Source of the DNA: Dimorphilus gyrociliatus | Lineage: Eukaryota > Animalia > Annelida | Reading direction: 5' to 3' | Assembly: GCA_904063045.1 (NCBI GenBank) | Contig: CAJFCJ010000047.1 | Location: forward strand, 24,321 to 88,320 | Length of the DNA: 64,000 nt | Shown here: one piece after another, positions 45,165 to 59,559 of the stretch | How the letters are laid out: each line of letters opens with the position of its first letter | Position numbering within the stretch: the first letter of the stretch is position 1 | The notes under the pieces: model-generated | What the model saw: the letters and a program-made list of their open reading frames with translations, nothing else | Told to the model about the DNA's origin: nothing | The model's database searches: none | Program-made: the position numbers and the translations under genes

Positions 45165-48100
45165 CTAGAAAAGAAGAAAAAATTTTAAATTTTCAGTATA
45201 GAAATACAAAATTTTGAAATTCTTGTGAAAAGTATTTTTTAAATAGAGCTTTCTTAAAGATTTCAAGTTTAAAAATTGAAATTGACTAATTTCTTTAATT
45301 TGATTATAATTCAAATTTAATTCAATGAGATTTGTTAAATTTGAAAATAATAAATGCTTGATTGTTTGTATGCGATTGAATGATAAATCTAATTTTTTCA
45401 ACAAATTCAAATTTTGAAACATCTCTTCATTTAAATATTTTATTGAACTTTTTATGATTTTCAATACATTCAAACCAGATGGAAAATATAAATTCAATTT
45501 TGATAAATTCTTCAACTTTATTTCTTGTAGAATAAGAATTTTAAGTATTTTAAAATTTTCAAAGCTTTTCAAAGTGAAATTGTCAATTAGAGTTAAATTT
45601 AAAGATGTTACTATCATCATCTTCATCTTCATCATCATTGTGCTGTCAGTCAAATTAAACATTTGTATTGAACAGTTAAATATTGAAATGATTTTAAAAT
45701 CTTTAAATTCTTTAGCAGGAATGTTAATCAACTGTAAATTTTTGCATTCCACAGCAAAAAAGTCACTAGAACAAGAACAATCTGATAGACATTTTGGTTT
45801 AAAACACAACATTTCATCACATCCATTTCTACAATCATACACTCCATCACAGACACGTGACATTTCAATGAATATGTCATCCAAACTGCATTTGAAATGG
45901 CCAATTTGTTTGAAATTTTCTACATATTTTAAAGGTAAAATAATTAATTCATTATCCATCAATGGAATGATTTTGAAAACAAAAGAATTAACTGCAATTA
46001 ATTTCATCTTCTTCATATGGACATTGCTTGATTCCGTCACAGATCAACCTATATTCAATACAATAATCACTATATGAACATTTATATTGGCCATTTTTAC
46101 ATGGAGCATCCCTTTGGCAGTGGAGCATTGTATATAATCCATACATAGGCTTATTTATAATTTCACCATAAGTGTTATATTCCAGCAAACATGTTTTGCT
46201 AAATTAAAAAAAAAACAAACAAACAATCATTTGCTATTTGTCTAAATTATTCAACCAGGCCAATACTTCCTACTTTTCAATTGACTGTAGACATTTGGCT
46301 GAAGGTGGTTCGTTTGGTTTACATGTATAAAACTCTTCTTCTCTCATTGGATAATTGAAGCATTTTTGTTTCTTTTTGCAAGGATATTTTACTAAAAAAT
46401 AAATGGTAGATGATTGATTGATTGATTTCAAATCATTGCCTATGTTTGTATATACTTGAAAATAATTCATCTTTGAAATCTATACACAACATTTTTAGAT
46501 AACTGTAATCTGAGAATTCTGATTTACACCAGTACTCAACACAACTGTCTTTGCTAGAGCAATCTTCAAAGGTTAATTATATTCATTGTTTATATTAATT
46601 ATAGAATTTTATGATATACTGACTACAATACTGCTCATCTGATTTGTCCAAACAATCAACAACTGAATCGCAAACGAGGTTTGCATTTATTTCTTGCAGA
46701 TTATTGCAAATAAATTTAGTTGTCATCTGTTTTGGACAATTCTCTTCATCAGATTTATCGAAACAATCATATTTATCATCGCAAACATATCTTAAATGCA
46801 CACAGATAAGATCAACTGAGCAGAGGAATCCATTTTCCTTACAATCAACAATGATTTTCTTCTTATTTTGTATAAATGAATTCCAATCAATTCCACCAGG
46901 CACAGTGAATGCTGCAGAGACATTAGAATATCAACTAATTTAGTGTCTGTTTTATTTCGTTTTACATTCAAGTTGTTTTTGGCAGTAAAAAACTTTGGAA
47001 ACTGCATTTTTACAAGGAGTAAGATAAATCTTTATTGGTTTAAACATGTGCATAATGAAATTTTGTTTAGATTCAGTGCATAATTTCTTTTTGTCACCAT
47101 TTTGTAAATTTGTTGCCATAAGTAAACTTTAAAAAGTAAGATGTAAAACATATATGATAAGAAACAGATCAACTGGATTTGGATAGAGATTAGAGATAAA
47201 TTTTTAAATTCAATAGTCCCCCCCCCCTCTCTCTCTCTCCAGTTGTTGTGTACCATGTAAGGAAAAAAACATGGTTAAATAATGATACTAAATGTTGCTT
47301 ACTGAAATGAGCAGTTTTTGTTGGGGAAAATAATTCCAAATTGTTATCTTTACAAATATTCTCCACCCTTAAATGTGGTTGTTCAGTTTCAAACAAGAAC
47401 CCATAGAAGCATGAATTATCCAATGACCCATTAAATGAACTATGAGGAATGAGGGGACAGTCTAAAAGTCACTTTTTGTCAAATTCATAAAAATGAAGAA
47501 TATTTCAAATACCAGTTTTCTTATCACTTGAACAAGATAGACTTACTCCTAGAAAAGGGGTGTTTAAAAGTGTTGAATTGTATATCCTTTCATAAGAGCG
47601 ATTGTCTATATTTGTTTCACCATAGTTGCATGTTACTGAGAAAAGTACATTTGCTACTTTATGGAACAAATTATAATCCAATATGATTTTTCCATTTGTG
47701 AATCCAAATCTTTGACAAAATATCTACAAAAAAGTTATACTCTCAATAAAGTTGTTAAAGTACTTCAAAAGAAGATAAAAGCTTAACATTTGCTTCATTT
47801 TTTCCAAATTTGAAAGGTGAAACAAGATGCCAATTGTCAAGATGAAAAACCTCTAGAATTCCATTTCTTTCCTTTCCAGATGTTGATGATGTTGATGTGT
47901 TTTCACCTCTTAATCTAAATGTATATTCTTTTCAAGTGAAAAAAAATGACATTTAGTTTCCATCATCATTGGACTAATGATTGGTCAACCTTTTGATTTA
48001 AATGTTGGATAATTGTTGTTATCAGTTTTGTTTTTACACTTTATAGGTATTAACCATCTTTGAGAATTTTCAGATTCCTTTGAACATCTTGAAGAATGTC

Positions 48101-49488
48101 TACAATCATAACTATTGATGTAAGGTGTATTTACAGCAATTTGAACTTTATGTAAAAAATTTCGTTGGTTAAAGAAATTTGGCTCATAATCCACTTCTTG
48201 CCCAACTTTATTGCACATAGAGATAGTAAACAAATTTAAGACATCCACTAAATTATAAGAACGATAAAAGTAAATGGTAAGTCAAAAAGTAGGACTCTGG
48301 TCATGATTTTGAGTGCTAAAGATAGGATGTGATGGTGGAGGGTGACAAATAAATAATGTTTTGCTCTGACTCTAACCTCAAGATCTAACCCGAAAACATA
48401 ACCCTTTGCTTTTGCTATTTTCCATCATCAACCCTTTTTTTAAAATACACTTACATCTGAAAATTGTATATATTTCCATCCCATAAAATAGTTTGATTCT
48501 TGCTCTGTATAAGTTGGTAGTTATTGGTAATAGGAATAATCCATATTTTTGGGCAACACCAAATTGTCTTCTCTCTTTTTCAATGTCAAAGAAGAGCACA
48601 GATGTTGACACAATATGAATGTCTTCTTGTTGATATTGTATTTGTGGACAAGTGTTATTACATATCATCATTTTATTCATTCTTTTTCTAATATATTTCC
48701 GACCATCACTTTGAATGAAAATGATAAATTTTTGGTCAATTTTATTGTCACTTTGTAGTAGATTTTTTGTTTTGTTTACATAGAATATATCTGAACAGAT
48801 GGCAATTATATCATTGGTGTTATTCACACAGACTTCATAAGATGTATTATTCAATCTCCCATATACAATATGTCTTTTATAGTATTTAAAATTGCTAACA
48901 ACACTATAAAAATCTGTATGATAATAAGTCTACATTAGCAAATAATCATTTTCAGTTAGCTGAAGCATGTCTAAGGTTTCAGGTTGGGTAAGACTTCAAA
49001 TTTTAAATATTTACATATTTCATCAGTTTTCAAACAAATTACAGGACTATAATCTTTCATTGGTGTTTGTTCTTTGGACGAGGCATTTCAATTGTTTTAG
49101 GCATGTGAGGTGCCAATAACATGAAACTCTAACATCTAAAAAATAACAGAATAACTAACAGATAAACTTTCATTTTTTTCTATTGTTCTGTTTTACTGTG
49201 AAAATGGTAATATTGTCCAAAAAATGAATCAAATCCCAAATTATAGCATAAATAATTTGTTACAATTTCACTACCTTCAATTTCATCAGGCAAAATACAA
49301 ATTGAATTCTGAGTAGTTTTAACTTGTAAAACTCCATAGCAAAAATTTTTTGTACATTTACTTCTTTCCTTATTATATTTCAAAACAAAATTTTCAAGTT
49401 TATTCACATTCTCATGTTGATTCAAAATAAATGAAATAAATTGGAGCAAACATATGAAAAATATTTTTATTAGCATCATCATCACCAT
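45165..49488 (-). CDS. GRL101/RXFP-like ectodomain: SRCR-like modules + at least 4 LDLa + LRRNT + LRRs; no 7TM found
   Basis: Signal MVMMMLIKIFFICLLQFISFIL; LDLa CDDKYDCFDKSDEENC, CDSVVDCLDKSDEQYC, CDGIKQCPYEEDEINC, CDGVYDCRNGCDEMLC; PKCLSDCSC; LKKLDLSFNRI, LIELNLNYNQI. Full exon structure not resolved. Confidence 0.65.
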
Positions 49489-50739
49489 TATCTTCTTGTT
49501 CTTGTTCTTGTTCTTCTTCTTCTTCTTCTTCTCCTTTCTAATTAATTTATCATGATTTATAGAGAGGATCATATTATGTTGTTTGGTTAATTAAAAAAAA
49601 GCACTCTGATTTCATGACTAATTTTCTCACTATTCAACTGATTAAACATGACTTTGGAATGATCTATAGAATTACAAACAGATATAGATGATGTCATGTT
49701 TTTGCTTAATCAAATTATGCATTTAATATTTACAACATCTGGTCCAAAACAAAACAAAGTGTCCAACTTGTCTCTTAACAATGTTTTCAGATCATTTTCT
49801 CAGATGATGACTAGAAAGAAGGAGAAGAGAGAGCCAGAGTGAAAGAGTATATTTACTCTTTGTAAAATTGAATGTGTTTTCATTGAAACTAGTTTACTAG
49901 TATTTTTTAAACTAAACCCTGAATTGATTGGTAAATGAAATGAAATAAGACCAATGAGATAAATTTTAAAAAATTTCAAGCATGTTTGTTTTAATCATCA
50001 GAATCATTAGCTGTTGAAATAATTTTAATTATAGTGATGATTATTACATAAGGCAGCTTAGTAGAAACCATTCCATAAAAAAATTAGCATTAGAGAGAAG
50101 TATGGGTGAAAATATAAAATTGTATTAACAAAAATCATACACCAATTTTAATTGTTTAAATAATTTAATGTTTAATTATTCCGATTAGATTTCTTTTACT
50201 ATTTCAACAGGAATTAAGAGAGATTAAAAATAAATCTAGAAAAAATAGACCGCATAATCTTAACCCATCATGTTCTTCTTTTAATTTAGGGGTAAATTTT
50301 GTTGATAAACTATTAAACAATGAAAATATAGATAGAGTTTAACAGAAAAATCAGTGAAGAAATGAGGTAAGATCAGATGCTCATTATAGGTGTAAAATAC
50401 TTCTAAAGTAAAATCTGCAAGTGTTTAATATAGTCAATCATTTTTTATTTAGTTTTGGTAAGGAATTTATTTTATTTTAATTTTAAATTTAAAAATTGCT
50501 TAAAAATTTGACTTTGACCTGGTAGCCATCTTTTTCTTTTTACAATTATTTTTTGTTGTTGCTGTAATCATTGTGTTTGATTTCAAAACTAAGTGATTTT
50601 TCTATGGCTATTTCACCAAAGACTTTTATATTCTCAAAATACAGATTTATAAAAAATAGGTTGTTTACTTTATCTTTATTAGGCCATTGTGTCATGTTCA
50701 CTTTCTAATAGTTTGAATGCTTTTTATGAATTTTTTCTT

Positions 50740-51603
50740 TAGGCAATGGCAAATGTATGAATAGGGAATATTTGGAAGAAACTTCACAATGAAGTGCTCA
50801 CTCTGCTTTCATCATTTCAATTAGCATAAAAAATGCATTTCAAGTAATATTTACATTTATTATTATATCATTCATATTTATTTCTAGATATTTGCAGTGT
50901 CAGATATATATTTATGTTCCACCTGCACTGATATCTCCAAGAAGTTTTACCTTGTCTGGTTAAATAGAATTGTCTGCTCCAGACCTACTATTGTGAAAGA
51001 TAGCTCTTTTACTGGAGAAAAAAAGAGAATTAATGATATTGTAATCTCAGGGTCAAATCTCTGTTCATCACCAATTGAATTTTGGAGATTCCTCAATTAT
51101 TTTTCAAAATACAAAATTTGCTCAAAGTCATCAATTAAGAGTCAATGACCTAGGTAAGTTTTTCAATTAGCCTTTCTTCATATACTATACCTTCTCATTA
51201 ACAAAGAATTCAATTTTGAATAGAAGAGAGAATGATTGCTGTTCTAAAAGGGACAGATTGCATAAGTGAATATCCTGATACCCTATTGGATAGACAATTG
51301 TCCATTTGCATGGAAATGTCAACAAAATTGATTGTAGTTAAAAGCAGTGGATTCTCTTCTCTCACTTTCTCTTACAAGGATATTTTTCCAGATGTTCTAT
51401 TAAAATTTAATAAAAATATAAATAATTTTGTGACTGTTGGTGTTGTCTATGAAATTTTTAATGACAAAATGGGATCATGTACACTTACATCATCCAACTT
51501 TGGTGATAATCAATTTCACAGATTTCTCTTCATTCCGTCCAGAAGATTACAAAGCAATATCAAAATTTTACTATTCTATCACTATTTTCAGGATATTTTT
51601 TAG
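50740..51603 (+). pseudogene. Degenerate secreted gene with DxxxxTC-family domain
   Basis: TLLDRQLSIC...PDVLLKFNKNI...GSCTLTSSNFGDNQFHRFLF is paralogous to 53353-53800; stops upstream. Confidence 0.5.
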
Positions 51604-51609
51604 TAGAAT

Positions 51610-52270
51610 TGAATTCTATAACTTTAGAAAGACCTTTATTTCGCAGGAAATAGATTCTTTGACCATAACAGATGGTGCCACTATGGAATTAACAAAGGAA
51701 CAAAGACTATAGAAAAATGTCAAACTTGTTTTATCTTATTCAAAAACAGATGCGGAAGAGGCAGGCTTCTTTTGGTAGTGCCACATATTAACCATGTGTG
51801 ATATAATAGTTTTTCATGTTTTTGTTATACATGCATTATGAGACTGTTACATTTCAGCTTTGTAATCCTTTGACCAAGTGAACCCAAGCTTTGGGAAATG
51901 TATAAAACTAAATACAATTCCCCAGCTCGGCTGTTCAGTTCTCAAATCATTAGTTGGTTATTTAAACTTACTCTTTTAAAACTAGAAACTCATTTGCTCA
52001 ATGCATATTATTTGCATGAAATAGGGGTGTTTTGTTGCTTGATTTCTGCTGAAATTACATTTGTTGAGACTAGTTCTGGATGAACAGGAAAGTTTCTATT
52101 TGTTTGAGTACTTTGATAAGTTGATAAATGATTGGAAAGGGTGAATTGTTTCTGAAGAAGCAAGAATTCCTACAATTACAATAGCGCAAAGTACAAGAAT
52201 TATCTTTACAGTCTGAAACAAAGTTGCAGAGTGCTCAATGACTCTAAAGAACTCCAAATTTATTTTTAGT
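51610..52270. repeat. Longest copy of the unidentified degenerate repeat family
   Basis: Links the 3530, about 20040, 29690 and 40740 fragments by separate matches. Confidence 0.65.
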
Positions 52271-53352
52271 AAACACTGATGTTTTATTGCAATTATTATC
52301 CATTTTTTGTAAATTGTGAAATGTAAAAGAAAACATTTTTGACAAAATTGAGTAGATATGTTGGTAAAAGGGATAAGTATATTTGAAAGTTTGAGCAAAC
52401 TCCTGTCATTTCTTAATATAAATATTTGATAGCAAATACCATTGATTTGAAGAGTTTTATTGCGATAGCATTCTTCTGTTACAGATATCTTTTCAATGCA
52501 GTCATTTTCAATTGTATCAATTTCCTTTAGATTACTATCATGTTCTCATTTTTAGTAGGATTCTTCTACTTTTTTTCTTCTTTAATTTTCATTGTGCTTA
52601 TTTGATAATTTGAATGTTCATCTATAAAACATTTTACCTTATGAGTTTTACAATACATTAATGCCTCTTTTCCATGATTTTTACATAATTTATCATAAGA
52701 TAACAGTCTTTTAAAGTAATTTTTAAAACTGTTTTTTGGAATTAAACATATATTTCCTTGTTATACTGTCATTTTGTGTTGACAATGAGGACAGGCTATT
52801 TTACATTCTTTAATAATACATGTCACCAGGTGTAATTATTTGACCTTTGGAACAAGAGAGATTTTTCATTTGGAAATCAAATAATAATGATATTTCCTTC
52901 CTAGCAACTGTGTGACCTTTTATCCAAAAGCAAAGTTTAGCATCTGTATAGTACATTTAAGCAAAAAAGACACACATTGACCGCCAACCCAATTCTAACA
53001 ATGTCAGTAGTTTTTTTGAGTGTTTAAATTGATGATTCATGGAAACATATAAAGTGCCATATGCAATTCAATAATCAATATCATCCTTTGTTTTGGATTT
53101 TTGTTACATAATCGAGAAATGGAAAAGCAATGGGTAATTCATATTGACTACACTGTTGAAATAAATCAATGAAAGTTGTCCAAAATTTGAAAAATCAAAA
53201 AATCAAAAAATATGGAAACAAGATATTACTTCCTCCTTCTCTAAAGATTTCATTTTAATAAAGGGAATACAGTGAAAATTTTGTGTATTATTTATTAATA
53301 TAGTTTTAAAGCTGTGGAATATTTGTTTTTACTTGAATTTAAATTTTAAAAC

Positions 53353-55584
53353 TTAAGGACTGATATTACAAATTCCAATATCAGAGGTTATCATATCATT
53401 GACAAGAATTAAATAATAAAATTTTGTTATTAAATAACTGTCCTTATAGCAGGTGAAAATATATCTGTGATATGAATTGTCACCAAAACTTGATGACTTT
53501 AATGTACAGGATTCAATAGTTTCTTCTTCATTTAAATTCTCATAAAATACATTCACTTTAATGAATTTTGTAATATTTTTTTCAAATTTTAAAGTCACTT
53601 CCGGTAAGATAGTTTTAGAATAGAATTTCATGTCATTTTGTCTGCGACTTGTTATAAATATTTTTTTAAAACTTTTTCTTAAAGTTACACAAGTCGAATG
53701 TAAATTGTCTCCTAGATATTCACTCTGAGTCACGTGACAAGTGTTCTGCTCCTGTATTGTAATAATTCTTCCCTCTGCAAATAATTGAATATATTTGTAA
53801 AGGTGTCTTAAACAATTAAAAAAAGCAACCAATATCATTTATCCTTAATTTATGATTTATACCAATAACTGTATTCTTGAGTGATATTAAAGGATCTAGA
53901 TGATTTCTTTGAAAATTAGCACTCAACATAACATTTAAATTGTATATTATCCCTTTGCCAAATTTAATAGAGCCATTTTCAATAGAAAGCCAAAAGTTAT
54001 TCCATTTATTGCAAATTATATATTCTTTAATTACACTATCATTAATTGTTTGTTTAGATTCTTCTAAATAAATATAACTTTTTAAAGTATTTGATATAAA
54101 TATTTCAAAAGTTCTGGTATTATTATTGTAGAATTGTACAAGAATACTACCACATTTATTCTGGTTGTTAGTTTTTCCGTATAAACTGAAACTTATTGAT
54201 TTAAAACCATTTTTCAGGGATGGAGGAAGGGTATATGTAACAGCATGGACATTTTGAATAGTAAATTCTTTCCCCAGTGAATCTGTTTCAGAGATAGGAT
54301 AAACAAGGATAAATCAATTAGGCTTAAATTCAAAAGATATCATTTCTTTACATAAATTTCCCTATGACTTGAGTATATACAAAATGGTTGGCATATACCT
54401 TTTATGAATACTTGTACACTGCTAAATCCAATATTCTGTGAGCTGGCAATTTCAACAACTTCAACATGTATTCCAGTTTCTATGTAACCATTGCTGTATT
54501 CAAAACATTGTTGATGAGTATTTTTTTCTAAATTAATGAATTTCTCTAAACCAGAAGTCCATTTGACCTTGACCTTAGTAATATATTTTATAGACCATAG
54601 CCTGTTGTAGAAAGAAAATATATTATATGTAAATTAAAACTATTTAAAATTGGTATTTTTTGTTTGCTTTACCTGTTCATAAAACAGTATCTAACTGGAT
54701 TTCCATAAATCTTGAAAGATATGTTAATATACTGTCCAATACAATTATTCCCACTGCAATCAGCTGACCATTCTTGATTTGCTTCTTGTATGCCACTTAT
54801 TAAATCTAACGCTAGTTGACATCTAAACAAATTGGTAACTTGAGATGTTGCACTACAATCAGCTCCATTTTCTAAAAGAGCAATATCAGTTAAATATTCC
54901 AGGTCACTAATATCTTCTGAAATGTCTGCAAAGAGAAAAAGGATAGAATAAACTGTGTCAAAGAATAGATATCTATTTTTAAATTGTCTACTTTCCTTCA
55001 TAGGCATAAATCATTATTGAAGTAAAGCCAACATTGTAAGTAGAATATTGATTCGGTAGAAAAGATAGACTTTGTAAATTATATTTGTAGTTTAATCTTG
55101 GCAAAAAACATTCAATTCTCTCTTCTAAATCCGATTCTTCGGTGTAAGATTCTTGACCATTCAAAATAAATTCTATTGTTGGTGCTTTATGTTTTTTTTG
55201 TCCAAAAGGCGAAAATAGACAAATTTCTACAACGTCGTATTCTTTTTTAAATGTTATAGTTAATTTATTAGTAGGACAGTTTGGTCTGCAATTTGACAAC
55301 CAAAATTCCATATTAACCCAGATTGGAGATAGGAGATTTTCACATATAAAATTGTGATTTTTATAAACTGGTTTATGGAAAGGAGTATAACAACTGGATC
55401 CCATTAATTTATCACCAATATTGATCAATTTTTTTTCTGTTTTTAATTTACATATTTTATCTATAGATTTCAATAGAAAAACAACAGTAACAATAACTAA
55501 AATAAACAAACCTGTCTTTACTGAAGGAATTGAAAATAAAAATAAGAAAAATAGGCAGAAAATTTCAAAGTACATTGTGTTCAT
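53353..55584 (-). CDS. Multidomain extracellular protein: 2 F5/8C-like + farnesoic-acid-O-methyltransferase-like + DxxxxTC domain (possibly pseudogene)
   Basis: Hydrophobic start; ...VGFTSIMIY|; GADCSATS...EWSADC...IGFSSVQVF; CNKWNNFWLSIENGSIKFGKG (FAMeT-like FWISW.NG.I.VGKG); GDNLHSTC domain. One TGA at about 54300 may be intronic. Confidence 0.55.
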
Positions 55585-55714
55585 GTTTGAAGTTGGAAAC
55601 TCTTTACCAAGCAATGATTTTTGAGAGATTAAGAATATTTATATTTTACATTTAAATGTCACATTTAAATGATTAATTATTTGATGAGTTGACAGCAATA
55701 ATTAATTGATAGGT

Positions 55715-55925
55715 AGATCGATACGGAACCGATTGAAAACGGCCATAAATAAAATATTTAAAGTTAAGATTTCAAGCTAGGAAATGGTAAGGAGGAATAA
55801 GTTAATTATTGATATATACTTAGGTGGGCCCCATCTAAGGCTTAGGGGCATTGAAAAAGGTTAGGCAAAAGGAAGGGCTAGGTTAGGGTTAAAGTAATTT
55901 CTGGATTAGTCTTTTCCGAATTGAA
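55715..55925 (+). mobile_element. TTAGGG-containing MITE, degenerate copy 5
   Basis: AAAACGGCCATAAAT...TACTTAGG...AAAAAGGTTAGGC...GGGCTAGGTTAGGGTTAAAG in the same order as the other copies. Confidence 0.55.
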
Positions 55926-56099
55926 AGTTAAATTTCCTAATCTCCAACTTTCAATAATAGTTGATTTCTTTGACAAAACAAAACAAGTAGAATACAAATT
56001 GTCATGGAGATAATTTGTATAGTATTCATGATTGCATAATCCATTTTCTGTTATTCTTACTCTTTTTCCTTCTGTTTATTTTGTTTTTGTTAAGAAAAA

Positions 56100-57050
56100 A
56101 GAAAATGAAAAGAAGAGTAGAGATAAAAATATTTGAAATTTGTATTATCTACCTAGATCGTTGATTCGAAACAGATGATGATCACTTGTTTGAAAATTCC
56201 TAATAAAGATTTTATCAGTTGGGCCATCTGATACAATTGGAGCTATGATTCTGGTATTTCTATTATATATTAAATTTAATTAATTTTGGAATACCATATA
56301 CCTTGAATGAAACATCAAGGTACTGCCCAACACATGCCTGACTTGAGCATTTAGAAGCCCATTCATTTTTAGAAGCAAAAGCTGAATTTATAAGATCCAA
56401 TGCAAAGTGGCATAAATAGTGAGAAGAGGCTGATGACTTAGATGTACAGGTTGCTCCTTTTTGTACATTAGCTATGTTTGTATAGTAGTTACTACTTTCC
56501 ACTTTGTCAGTTATGTCTGAAAATTTTAAGTTAAAAAGAAAGTGATATTTCTCTTTTTTAATCTTTCAATACAAAATACAAACCATCTTGTTAAGAAAAA
56601 ATCATGATTGAAGAAAATCCAATATAAGAACTTGTTCTTTGAACTGGCATAAAAGTCATACTTTTAACATAAGTGCCATAGGTATATCTCACCAAAAAGC
56701 ATTCTGAATCTTTGTTTATTGAATCGACATCAAATGCATATTGACGTTGAGTATCAGAAACATTAGTAAATATAACAGTTAATTCTTTAACTTTATTGTT
56801 TTCAGCTGCAAAAGTATATGATAAACAATATTCAACAATATCATAGACTTTTTCAAATGTTATATCAAGCTTGGGGGGATTGCTACAAAAACCTGAACAA
56901 CCAGTCATATATGCTGCCATGTTGACCCAGTTTGGAGAAAACACATTTTCACAAGGATAATTGTATCCCAAACTATTAAGTTTTGTTGTGCTGGCGGAAC
57001 AAGTTGAACTCCATGAAATATCAGCCACATTAATTAGTGTATTGCCTTAA
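56100..57050 (-). pseudogene. Tandem paralog of the F5/8C-like pair of the 53353-55584 gene
   Basis: ADISWSSTC...CENVFSPNWVNM...IGFSSIMIFS*QD (TAA where the paralog has IMIYAYE); GATCTSKS...EWASKC...GQYLDVSF. Confidence 0.6.
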
Positions 57051-57376
57051 AAAGAGAATATAAAATAAAGAAGAATACATAGAATGAAAGTTAGACTATT
57101 TAATTTTAGCTTTTAGATTAAAAATTACAAGTAAAAAGATAATCTTCTTGAATTTTGTCATTTTCTATTCATTCAGATTACGGCTTTACTCTTTTTTCTT
57201 CCTTTACTTCGAAACACAATTAATTTAACTCACAGACTCTAATCAATTTATAAATAGTAAGTAAAAAACTATGTAAAGTTCAAACTTTTAATATTTAATA
57301 AAATTTTCTAACCCAATCAATGATAACAAACAGAAATTTTAATGCATCATTCATAGAATTATATAGTAAGCCTTAC

Positions 57377-57397
57377 TCTCTCTCTCTCTCTCTCTCT
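57377..57397. repeat. (CT)n microsatellite
   Basis: ctctctctctctctctctctc. Confidence 0.9.
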
Positions 57398-58959
57398 TTT
57401 ATCTAGCTGGTTAAGCAAACAACTTTCATTAAATCATCATTTAATACTCTACAAAATAATCTCTGCAATTTATAAGAAACAGTAATTATCTCTCTTTATT
57501 TACATCTTTTATTATCATTACTTCAAAGTAGATAATAGAGTTCATTGGAAAAGATGAAAAGTTGAAAATGAAACTTTGCCCTCTATTTAAAAATTCTGTA
57601 CTTGTTGATGTTTGACATTTGCTCCTTATTTAAAATATTTATTTTTTTGTAAAATTTAAGAAAAAGTCAGATCAATCTCTATTTCAATGCAATAATGAAT
57701 AACTTACCTTATAGGGTGTATTGTTCTCAAGGATCAATTCAATTGTCAATAATTGAATTTTTCATTAGACTTTTGTTGAGCTTGAAAAATATCAAAGTTG
57801 AACAATAAATAATTATGTATTGTTTTTTGGAGGTGTAAACTTTTTTTGTTGATTGATTTTGTGAAGGCCAGGAACCTTAGTATTTCTTTTCATTGAGGAA
57901 TTTAAAAAACAAGAAATTAATCAACAAAATACTGACAGTCTCATAATTCTCAAGTAACAAAAATATGAGAGACTGTTATATCAGATCCATTTGCTGAAGT
58001 AGATTTTTGCCTTGAAATTTTTATCCTGATTGCTTCAGGATACAGACCAACACTTTGTTTTATTACTTTGGTGTAAAACATTTGCTATTTATAGTCTGAC
58101 AAACAATTGACATTTTTTTTCTCTCTTACCTGAATTTTTAATAACTGCTTTAAAAACATGACCATATTTATAAATTTTCTATGTCTTAAAATGTTGCTTT
58201 TGTTTTTGAGAACATTGAATTTTGTCAACTATCAACTCTTAAAAGAGTATATAAACCCTATGAAGTTATTGTAGATAGTTCAGTTTTCTAATTGTCAGCT
58301 GGTTGTTTAAACTGGGGGTCATGGAAAATGTCCAAGTTAATATGAAAAACATTTATAATTTTAATAAAAAGAATGTAAACAATATAAAAATAAAATTACA
58401 CAATTGGAACAAATATACCAGTTTTCTTTTGCAAATAAATTTATTTCCTGTTTATTTAAATTGAATAGGCTTAAGGAAAAGATATTAAAACAGGCATAAA
58501 ATTGGATTTTGTCAGTTTATTGTGAGTATAGTTTGTATTTATTTGTAAAATGTAATGTTATAATTTAAATAGAAAGTTAAGCAAAATTTTCATTTTGTGA
58601 ACCTTTTCTAAAATAGCATTATGTCAAGATTTAGAATGGTGTCAAGCAGAAATTGTAAGAAGAATATTTATGGAAAAAATGAAAATGAAATGTTTACTAT
58701 GCAAACATCAATTTCACATTAAATGCATTGAAGGTGAAACTATTTTAAAAAATTTCTGTTTTACTTTCTAAATGGTATTTTTTTTATTTCTTAAAATAGG
58801 GTTAGAAATAAAAAGTACAGAAGTTATTATAAAATTGAAGAAGTGCAGTTTCAAGAAAACTCAGAAACATGAACTAAGTGAAAGTATGCAAATGGTCATA
58901 CCACTATCACAAAGTTCAAATCATGAGGAAAACATTAATGAAGCATATAATTCTCCAAA

Positions 58960-59520
58960 TGAATCAGACAAATCAGTTTTCATTTGGATTTTTGCAAATG
59001 AAGTTGAAATTTCAACTGAAAATGATGAAATATTTGAATGTGTAATGAAATTCAGATATTCAAAATTCTTTAAAATGCAGGTGCTAAAGGGAAAAACATC
59101 TTAATACATAAAGGAGGCTGGTATGCACTGAAGTGTATTCATGGCAAAACAACATACTGGACTTGCGGTGTAAGAACAAAGAAGCAAAAATGTAAAGCTG
59201 GAATTACAGAATTTAATTTCTGCTATACATTGTCCAAAGTTGAGCACTTTCATAGCCCTGTTAAAGATATTGAAAATAAACTTCTTTTGAAAAAGAATGT
59301 TAGGTAGAAAAGAAAAGCAAATGCTCATCAAAACGGGAGAGGCATTGCAGAGGAAACTCTTACTGAGTTCAATAGAAATGATTCTTTACCATCAATAAAA
59401 TCCTGCACTGAAGTTGTTAACTATCACAAAATAAAAAACAGACCAAAAGAACCTGCTGGTTTGAGATTTATTATGATGCAAATGTTCCAACTAAAAATTT
59501 TTTTGAACTTTTCCTTTATC
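58960..59520 (+). mobile_element. Mutator/Phantom FLYWCH remnant
   Basis: KGKTS/..HKGGWYA...TYWTCGVRTKKQKCKAGI...EHFH...GRGIAEE...NRPKEP across frameshifts. Confidence 0.7.
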
Positions 59521-59559
59521 CAATTTTCAATCCTATAATAGAAGAATTTGATTTATATT

